Of a stretch of 35,117 bases of DNA, positions 1-6,428 are shown one piece after another. The stretch's first letter is position 1; every line of letters starts with the position of its first letter. The stretch is from Candidatus Doudnabacteria bacterium RIFCSPHIGHO2_02_FULL_46_11 (lineage in GTDB: Bacteria; Patescibacteriota; Doudnabacteria; UBA920; 2-02-FULL-46-11). The stretch is taken from NCBI GenBank assembly GCA_001779955.1, contig MFES01000003.1:11348-46464 (forward strand). The letters are read 5' to 3'. The position numbers and the translations under genes were made by a program. The notes below the pieces were generated by a model. It was given only the letters and a program-made list of their open reading frames with translations, was not told where the DNA came from and searched no databases.

Positions 1-647
1 TAACCAAGGTCATGACCGCTTTAGTATACCTCGAAGAAAATCCGAACCTAAACAAGGTTGTAACCCTGACCGAAGCGGATCAAGTGGAAGGCGCCGCCCT
101 TCTTTCGAGAACAGGCACGAAATTCCGCGCTTACGACCTTCTTAACGCCAGCCTCATGGCCTCGGCCAACAACGCCACAAACGTACTGGCCCGCGAAGGT
201 ACCGACCTCACTCTTGAACAGTTCATTGAAAAAATGAACGGCCGCGCTAAAGAGTTGGGCCTTAAGCAAACTCGCTTTGTTGAGCCAACCGGAATCAATC
301 CGGACAACCGCTCAACGCCCAAGGAGTACGCGGTAATTATAAACAAAGCCCTGGCTAATCCGATTATTCATCAGATTATGACCTCGACTTACTATGAGAT
401 TAAGCCTTTGGGCAAAGCTTCATTTCCAATAGGCACCAGCAATAAACTTCTTAAGGAACCGCAGAACTTTGAAGTCGAAGGCGGCAAAACCGGATTTACT
501 TACGGTTCAGACTACAACTTCGCCGCCAAGATGAAAAAGGGCGATACAGAAGTAACGGTTGTCGTGTTCGGTGATGAAAGTTTAAGTACGGCCATAGAAA
601 ACAGTAAAAAGCTTGCAACTGAAGCCTTGGAAAAAAGCGGCGAATAA
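1..647 (+). CDS. D-alanyl-D-alanine carboxypeptidase (peptidase S11), 5'-partial
   Basis: Frame is open from the window edge (xTA ACC AAG GTC ATG = [I/L/V]TKVMTA, the end of an SxxK motif). Also has SxN (SANNA), EPTG and KTG (GGKTGFT). Confidence 0.9.
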   Translation, partial: TKVMTALVYLEENPNLNKVVTLTEADQVEGAALLSRTGTKFRAYDLLNASLMASANNATNVLAREGTDLTLEQFIEKMNGRAKELGLKQTRFVEPTGINPDNRSTPKEYAVIINKALANPIIHQIMTSTYYEIKPLGKASFPIGTSNKLLKEPQNFEVEGGKTGFTYGSDYNFAAKMKKGDTEVTVVVFGDESLSTAIENSKKLATEALEKSGE

Positions 648-659
648 GCCGCTTTATGA

Positions 660-704
660 AAATAAAAAGCGAGAGGGCGCGCGGGCAGTATTCCGCGCGC
701 CCTT
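660..704 (-). terminator. Rho-independent terminator between converging genes
   Basis: Stem AGGGCGCGCGG (674-684)/CCGCGCGCCCT (693-703) with an A-rich run on the left, which reads as a U-tail on the minus strand. Confidence 0.65.
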
Positions 705-708
705 GGTT

Positions 709-954
709 TCAGCTCGCGCGCTGTTTGGGCTTTTGACGCCTCGCCCGAACAGCCCGAACGTGAAGCTTGAGAAACTGACACAGCGCCGGCCCTGACCCCA
801 TACAACAAGTCGGACAGTGGTTGAGGTGATACTGTTGCTTCAAGCTGATGGTTTCCGGTAAATTCCCGGCGCACAGCTCATCAACAAGCTCCCTAACCGG
901 CTCGCCATTACAAAGAGGTATGGCCAGCTGTGGTATAACCGTTTTCCTCTTCAT
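709..954 (-). CDS. Small protein with zf-HC2-like (anti-sigma-type) zinc finger
   Basis: ATG at 954 is preceded by GAGGGGGAAGA. Sequence C-NGEPVRELVDELCAGNL...HLNHCPTC resembles the Cx..HLxxCxxC pattern. A terminator follows. Confidence 0.55.
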   Translation of the reverse strand: MKRKTVIPQLAIPLCNGEPVRELVDELCAGNLPETISLKQQYHLNHCPTCCMGSGPALCQFLKLHVRAVRARRQKPKQRAS

Positions 955-1033
955 TCTTCCCCCTCGGCTTGGGTGACCGCTCCCCCAACCGCAACAGTTC
1001 ATTAAATATACAGATTTATCCTATACTGTGTCT

Positions 1034-2302
1034 ATGGCTAAATCGATCACCATCTTAGGTATAGAAACTTCATGCGATGAAACCGCGGCGGCTGTGGTGG
1101 AATTAAAAAATAACCGCTTCCGAGTTTTAAGCAGTGCCGTAGCCTCACAGGTAGATCTGCATAAACTAACCGGCGGTGTAGTACCGGAAGTTGCCGCGCG
1201 GGAGCATGTAACAACCATAATGCCAACGATTAAGCTTGCGCTTAATCGGGCAACAATCCAAATGTCAAAATCCAAATTTCAAATAAATTCCAAAGCTCAA
1301 AATTCAAAACTTAACTCATTGGACGCAATAGCCGTAACTGCAGGCCCGGGCTTACTGCCGGCTCTTTTGGTCGGTGTTGATACAGCAAATGCCCTGTCTT
1401 TGGCTACCGGCATTCCGGCCATTCCCGTTCAACATATTACCGGACACATATACGCCAACTTCGTTGGCAAATCCGAAATCCGAAAACCTCCGCCCTGGGC
1501 GGAAAAATCTAAACGTTATCACAATGACCTCCGATCGGACAAAAATGTGATAGATGTCCGCAGAATAAAATTTCCCTTGCTTGCCCTGGTTGTCTCGGGT
1601 GGTCATTCCGAATTTATTTTGATGAAAAATTATTTGCAGTTTAAAAAACTCGGCCAAACCCTGGACGACGCGGCCGGCGAATGTTTTGATAAATGCGCCA
1701 AAATTTTAGGACTTCCGTACCCAGGCGGGCCGCAAATTTCTAAGGCAGCGCTTAATGGTAACCCGAAAGCCTTTAATTTTCCGCGGCCCCTCCTTCGCTC
1801 AAAGAGCTATGGAGGGCAAGCAAGGTTTCCGGATGGTAATTTGAATTTTTCTTTTGCCGGTTTGAAAACAGCGGTGCTTTACAAGGTCAATGACCTTGTA
1901 AAAATCAAAAATCAAAAATCAAAAATCAAAAATACAAATAAAAATTCAAAATTACCTAAACAAACAACTGCGGACCTGGCAGCTTCTGTTCAGGCGGCCA
2001 TTGTCGAAACTTTAGTTAAGAAAACCGAACGAGCCATAAAAAAAAATAAACCTAAGTCTTTTACTCTGGGCGGCGGCGTTGCTGCAAATTCGGAATTACG
2101 TAATCAATTACGTAATTTGCTAAGCGACAATTTTCCAAAGGTTAAATACTACGAAACTAAGGTAGAATACGCCACCGACAACGCGGTAATGATTGCCGCC
2201 GTCGGCGCAATGCTTGCCCGCAAAAATTTTACCAAAAAGCTCGGTGGGAAAAAACTGTCAAAATTTGTTAAGGCGAATCCACAATTAGAAATTAAACAAT
2301 AA
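1034..2302 (+). CDS. tsaD: tRNA t6A37 threonylcarbamoyltransferase TsaD, with several in-frame repeat-derived insertions
   Basis: ILGIETSCDET, GGVVPEVAAREH, HITGH, VSGGHS, DDAAGECFDK, YPGGP, FSFAGLKT, GGVAAN and TDNAVMIA motifs. Confidence 0.97.
   Translation: MAKSITILGIETSCDETAAAVVELKNNRFRVLSSAVASQVDLHKLTGGVVPEVAAREHVTTIMPTIKLALNRATIQMSKSKFQINSKAQNSKLNSLDAIAVTAGPGLLPALLVGVDTANALSLATGIPAIPVQHITGHIYANFVGKSEIRKPPPWAEKSKRYHNDLRSDKNVIDVRRIKFPLLALVVSGGHSEFILMKNYLQFKKLGQTLDDAAGECFDKCAKILGLPYPGGPQISKAALNGNPKAFNFPRPLLRSKSYGGQARFPDGNLNFSFAGLKTAVLYKVNDLVKIKNQKSKIKNTNKNSKLPKQTTADLAASVQAAIVETLVKKTERAIKKNKPKSFTLGGGVAANSELRNQLRNLLSDNFPKVKYYETKVEYATDNAVMIAAVGAMLARKNFTKKLGGKKLSKFVKANPQLEIKQ
1516..1553 (+). 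repeat. 38-bp palindromic element (TTATCACA-CCTCCGATCGGA-TGTGATA), in-frame in tsaD
   Basis: Near-identical to the reverse complement of 20835-20872 and 8969-9006. Confidence 0.85.
1788..1820 (-). repeat. 33-bp REP-like CTTG-hairpin element, in-frame in tsaD
   Basis: CCCTCCTTCGCTCAAAGAGCTATGGAGGGCAAG. Same architecture and length as intergenic 11231-11263. Confidence 0.8.
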
Positions 2303-2320
2303 AACAGCCTCCTGCAAATG

Positions 2321-2351
2321 AAAAGGCGCGAGATCCAGGGGACCCCGCGCC
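2321..2351 (-). terminator. Putative terminator of the lipoprotein gene
   Basis: GGCGCG...CGCGCC stem followed by TTTT on the minus strand. Confidence 0.5.
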
Positions 2352-2390
2352 GTTCCACACTTCAAACGCCTCCTTCAGCGTTTTCGCTTC

Positions 2391-3473
2391 TTACTTCTTG
2401 ACCGCTGGCGCCGGCGTGGCACCCACGGCCTTGGCGACGCCTGCCTTCACGCCGTTGAAGAACACCTCGCCGCGGCGCTTGAAAAAGCCGCGGATGTAAG
2501 CGTCGTTCCTTGAGGCGTGGAGCTCGGGAACAACGCTGTCCGGGTTCTCCGCCGGCCAGTTGCCGTACCAGGCGAGCATGATCGTGGTGCTGTCGAACGG
2601 GGCGATATCGCGCCGATACTCCCAGTTCAACAGGTAGCGATCCAACAACGCCCGATCCACCTGCCCCGCCAAGACACCAGCGAAAACGCCAATGCCCTGG
2701 GCCGCGACCGGTTTGGATACTGCCGGAAGGCGGTCGTACCAGGTGGCCCACTTCTGATACTTGTAAGCCACCTCCATCGCCTGGTCTTGGGCATTGACCG
2801 CCTTCATTCCCCCGATGCGCCGCAAATTGTCGCGCATCGAGATCACCACGGGCTCGAGCTTTTCGAGGGCCGGCAGATGCGGGGCATACATTGAGTCCGT
2901 CGGGATCTCGGCGGTTTCGCCGAACCTGGCTCCAGCCACCAGTCCCTCGCCCCAGACACTCCGCTCGATCTCCCATTGCACCGAGTCGGGCAGGTCCTTC
3001 ATCGCGATCTTCTCGCGGAATGTGAGCCCTTCGATCACCGCGCTGCGCTGGACGATCGTCGTGTCCGTCAGCTCGTCGCGGAACACGTCTCGGGCCACCG
3101 TGTAGCGCCCGAACTGCCAGTCCTCGCAGTGGCGATCCGTGAGCGAGTTCAGCTCGACGATCTTGTCGCGCAGCTGCTCGGAGGTCACTCGGATGAAGCA
3201 GTCACCCATCTGGAGCAGCACCGAACTGCCATCAAGCGCAACCTCGAGCACGTACTGCCGCGAGGGATAGAGCATCGCCACGGTCCCGGTTCGGTAATTC
3301 CTGAACGAAGTGTTCTCGGAAACCACGAGTCCCTTGCCCGGAGCGGGCTTGGGGATGGCTCCCGACGCCGGGACTGACTTCTCGGGCGCGGCGTCATCGC
3401 CGTTCGCTGCGCCGCAGCCCATCAAGATGATGGCCAGCGCCAACGAACCGAACAACTTGTGCATGCGTGTCAT
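2391..3473 (-). CDS. Hypothetical lipoprotein, GC-rich, probably horizontally acquired
   Basis: 360-aa ORF with signal peptide and lipobox (ILMG|C), SD AAAGGGGG and its own sigma70 promoter. Two hand-counted 60-nt lines gave 62% and 73% GC, visibly above the flanks. Confidence 0.75.
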   Translation of the reverse strand: MTRMHKLFGSLALAIILMGCGAANGDDAAPEKSVPASGAIPKPAPGKGLVVSENTSFRNYRTGTVAMLYPSRQYVLEVALDGSSVLLQMGDCFIRVTSEQLRDKIVELNSLTDRHCEDWQFGRYTVARDVFRDELTDTTIVQRSAVIEGLTFREKIAMKDLPDSVQWEIERSVWGEGLVAGARFGETAEIPTDSMYAPHLPALEKLEPVVISMRDNLRRIGGMKAVNAQDQAMEVAYKYQKWATWYDRLPAVSKPVAAQGIGVFAGVLAGQVDRALLDRYLLNWEYRRDIAPFDSTTIMLAWYGNWPAENPDSVVPELHASRNDAYIRGFFKRRGEVFFNGVKAGVAKAVGATPAPAVKK

Positions 3474-3596
3474 TGTCCCCCCTTTGTGATGGCGCCTGCC
3501 TCATGCAGTCGCCTTGTGTTGTGTACTTTACTTCTCCCGAATGGGCTTTAATCTGCACCCTCTTGCAAACTTAAGCCCATTTAGGAGATTTTGGGT

Positions 3597-3625
3597 ATTT
3601 TAGCACAAATTACCTCTCTTGTCAA
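3597..3625 (-). promoter_or_regulatory. sigma70 promoter for the lipoprotein gene
   Basis: Minus strand reads TTGACA-17 nt-TAAAAT with an extended -10 TG. Confidence 0.75.
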
Positions 3626-3707
3626 TCATAAACCGAACTCTCTTTACTCCCTAAAAAACAAGCGGTTTTGGAGAAATTTAGCCCAGTTAATGTATACTTA
3701 AAGCAAT

Positions 3708-6284
3708 ATGGCCCAAAAAGAGCTTGCCAAGGCCTATAACCCGACCGAAGCCGAAGAACGAATATATAAACTCTGGGAAGAGTCTGGTTTTTTTAATCCC
3801 GACAACCTGCCTGACGCCAAAAAACGCGAACCTTTTACCATTATCATGCCGCCGCCCAACGCCAACGCTCCCCTCCATGTTGGCCATGCTTTGTTTTTAA
3901 CGATTGAAGATATTTTGATTCGTTTTAACCGCATGCAAGGCCGTCGCGCACTGTGGCTGCCCGGTTCAGACCATGCCGGTTTCGAGACACAGGTAGTATT
4001 CGAAAAAAAACTGGAAAAAGAAGGCCGCTCGCGATTCAAAATGGAGCGCAAGGAATTGTACAAAGAAATTTGGGATTTCGTTCAAAACAACAAACACATC
4101 AGCGAGCAAGGTATTAAGCGCATGGGATCTTCCTGCGACTGGTCGCGCAATACCTTCACTCTGGATCCAGCAATAATAGAAATCGTCTACGAAACTTTCG
4201 AGCAAATGTACAAAGACGGTTTAGTATATCGCGGCCAAAGAATTTCCAATTGGTGTATCAAGCATCAAACGAGCCTTTCTGATTTGGAAACAAAATACGA
4301 AGAACGAAGCGAGCCTCTTTACTATTTAAAGTACGGTCCTTTTACAATTGCTACGGCCAGACCCGAAACAAAGTTTGGCGATAAATATGTAGTTATGCAT
4401 CCGGAAGATAAACGATATACCCAATATAAGCACGGCGACAAAATTGAAGTTGAATGGATAAACGGAAAAATTACAGCCACAATTATAAAAGACGAAGCCA
4501 TTGACCAGGAATTCGGTACAGGGGTTATGACTATTACCCCTTGGCATGATCCGATTGACTTTGAAATTGCGCAAAGGCACGGTTTAGATAAGGAACAAAT
4601 TATTGATAAATTAGGCAGGCTTCTGCCAGTTGCTGGCGAATTTCAAGATATGAAAATAAAAGAAGCCCGCCCCTTGATTGTCGAGAAACTAAAAACTAAA
4701 AGCCTGCTCGAAAAAGTTGATGAAGATTACAAACACAACGTCCAGCTTTGCTATAAATGCAATAGCGTAATTGAACCGCAGATTATACCGCAATGGTTCG
4801 TGGCTATGACTAAGAGTTTGAAAGATGGCCGACCATCACTAAGGGATATGGCATTGCAAGCCACAGAAAACAATGAAGTGAAAATTATCCCGGAACGATT
4901 TGAAAAAGTATATACACACTGGATGCAAAATCTGCGTGATTGGGCAATAAGCCGCCAAATTGCCTGGGGCATTCCTTTTCCGGTTTGGTACTGTAATGTC
5001 GAAAGGGCAAATATGCCGCGCATACATTTTGCAGATTTTACGGTTGAGCAAGTCTTAAATGGAAAAACAAAAACTTACCGCCTAAAAAATAAAGGCCACA
5101 ACATTAGTGATAAAGTTAGACTGGTAAATAAAACTACGCAAGAAGTTTTTGGCTATGCCACTATTACCAATGTAGAAATTAAAAAAATAAAGGATATTGA
5201 TCTTAGTGATAAAGCTCATTACTCCACTTACAAAAATCTGGACGAACTGCTGGTAGCTTTCAAAAGACACTACCCGCCGGACCAAAAAATTGATGGCGAA
5301 ACAGAAAGCTACATTTACGACTACGCTTTCGAGGCGTTATCGCCGGAAAATACAAAAGACGGTTGCGGCCAAATAATAATATCCGGCGAAGCGCCTAAAA
5401 AATGTCCGGTTTGTAAAAACAAAAATTTAACGCAAGATCCTGATACTTTTGATACCTGGTTTTCATCCGGACAATGGCCGTATGCCACGCTAATGGCTCA
5501 AGGTAAAAAGGATTTCGAAACTTACTACCCTACACAAGTAATGGAAACGGGTTGGGATATTCTCTTTTTCTGGGTGGCGCGGATGATAATGTTCGGGATT
5601 TACAAAACCGGACAAAAACCTTTTAGCACAGTATTTTTGCATGGTATTGTCCGCGATAAAGATCGTCAAAAAATGAGTAAGAGTAAGGGCAATGTGGTTG
5701 ACCCTTTGGGCGTAATTGATACTTACGGTACCGATGCCTTACGCTTTGCTCTTATATTCTCTACTTCAGCCGGCACCGATATTCCATTGTCAGAAGATAA
5801 GGTAAAAGGCATGAAACACTTTGCCAATAAAGTTTGGAACATAGCCAGATTTGTGTTAACCAATCTGGAAAAATCAAAAAACAAAAAACAAAAAACAAAA
5901 TTACAACCTAAAACTGAAAACGATAAAAAAATATTAGAACAGTTGGAACAAACGATAAAGGAAGTGACGAACAATTTGGAAAACTTCCGCTTGCACGAGG
6001 CCGCCCAAAGCATTTACCAGTTTACCTGGCGCGATTTTGCCGATGTTTATATTGAAGCCAGCAAAAAACAACTGTCCAATTCCATGGAATTGGACAGTGG
6101 AAAATCCTCCGCCGCCAAGACCTCGGCGGAGCTTCGGGAAAACACGCAAAGAATTCTTCTTTACTGCCTGCAAAATATTCTGAAATTGCTCCATCCTTTT
6201 ATGCCGTTTGTCACCGAAGAAATCTGGCAACAAATGGAAAACGAACAGTTGTTAATGGTAGAAACCTGGCCCCGACTTCGCTAA
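3708..6284 (+). CDS. valS: Valine--tRNA ligase with internal ASCH-like insertion, lacking the C-terminal coiled-coil arm
   Basis: PPPNANAPLHVGHA (HIGH), PGSDHAG, DWAISRQIAWG, DTWFSSGQWP, KMSKSKGN and LLHPFMPFVTEEIW motifs. Confidence 0.97.
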   Translation: MAQKELAKAYNPTEAEERIYKLWEESGFFNPDNLPDAKKREPFTIIMPPPNANAPLHVGHALFLTIEDILIRFNRMQGRRALWLPGSDHAGFETQVVFEKKLEKEGRSRFKMERKELYKEIWDFVQNNKHISEQGIKRMGSSCDWSRNTFTLDPAIIEIVYETFEQMYKDGLVYRGQRISNWCIKHQTSLSDLETKYEERSEPLYYLKYGPFTIATARPETKFGDKYVVMHPEDKRYTQYKHGDKIEVEWINGKITATIIKDEAIDQEFGTGVMTITPWHDPIDFEIAQRHGLDKEQIIDKLGRLLPVAGEFQDMKIKEARPLIVEKLKTKSLLEKVDEDYKHNVQLCYKCNSVIEPQIIPQWFVAMTKSLKDGRPSLRDMALQATENNEVKIIPERFEKVYTHWMQNLRDWAISRQIAWGIPFPVWYCNVERANMPRIHFADFTVEQVLNGKTKTYRLKNKGHNISDKVRLVNKTTQEVFGYATITNVEIKKIKDIDLSDKAHYSTYKNLDELLVAFKRHYPPDQKIDGETESYIYDYAFEALSPENTKDGCGQIIISGEAPKKCPVCKNKNLTQDPDTFDTWFSSGQWPYATLMAQGKKDFETYYPTQVMETGWDILFFWVARMIMFGIYKTGQKPFSTVFLHGIVRDKDRQKMSKSKGNVVDPLGVIDTYGTDALRFALIFSTSAGTDIPLSEDKVKGMKHFANKVWNIARFVLTNLEKSKNKKQKTKLQPKTENDKKILEQLEQTIKEVTNNLENFRLHEAAQSIYQFTWRDFADVYIEASKKQLSNSMELDSGKSSAAKTSAELRENTQRILLYCLQNILKLLHPFMPFVTEEIWQQMENEQLLMVETWPRLR
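6071..6098. repeat. Perfect 28-bp palindrome in-frame in valS
   Basis: ACTGTCCAATTCCA|TGGAATTGGACAGT. A second hairpin CTCCGCCG/CGGCGGAG follows at 6107-6131. Confidence 0.85.
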
Positions 6285-6333
6285 TTCAGCCTTCGTAGCC
6301 ACTTCGGCGAAGTAGGCAGCTTCGTGGGGTAAG
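6270..6333 (-). repeat. Nested pair of REP-like hairpin elements overlapping the valS stop codon
   Basis: CCCCGACTTCGCTAA...AGCTTCGTGGGGTAAG is interrupted by TTCAGCCTTCGTAGCCACTTCGGCGAAGTAGG. Confidence 0.65.
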
Positions 6334-6343
6334 CAAAATAAAC

Positions 6344-6414
6344 AAAAACCGCCTGCTTGCACTTCGTAGTCCGCCGAAGCTTTAGCGTAGGCGGACGAAG
6401 TAGTGGCGGTTTTT
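6344..6414. terminator. Bidirectional terminator stem with REP-like inserts in the loop
   Basis: AAAAACCGCC...GGCGGTTTTT between converging genes. The loop holds the 30-bp GTAGTCCGCCGAAGCTTTAGCGTAGGCGGA (6366-6395). Confidence 0.7.
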
Positions 6415-6428
6415 ATAATAGTTATAAA

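Noticed and set aside
2362..3397. Alternative ORFs overlapping the lipoprotein gene
   Set aside because: Shadow ORFs expected in GC-rich DNA. Only 2391-3473 has an SD, promoter and lipobox.
4995..5363. ValRS insertion as an intein
   Set aside because: No C-terminal His-Asn before the downstream Cys and no visible Hint or LAGLIDADG motifs.
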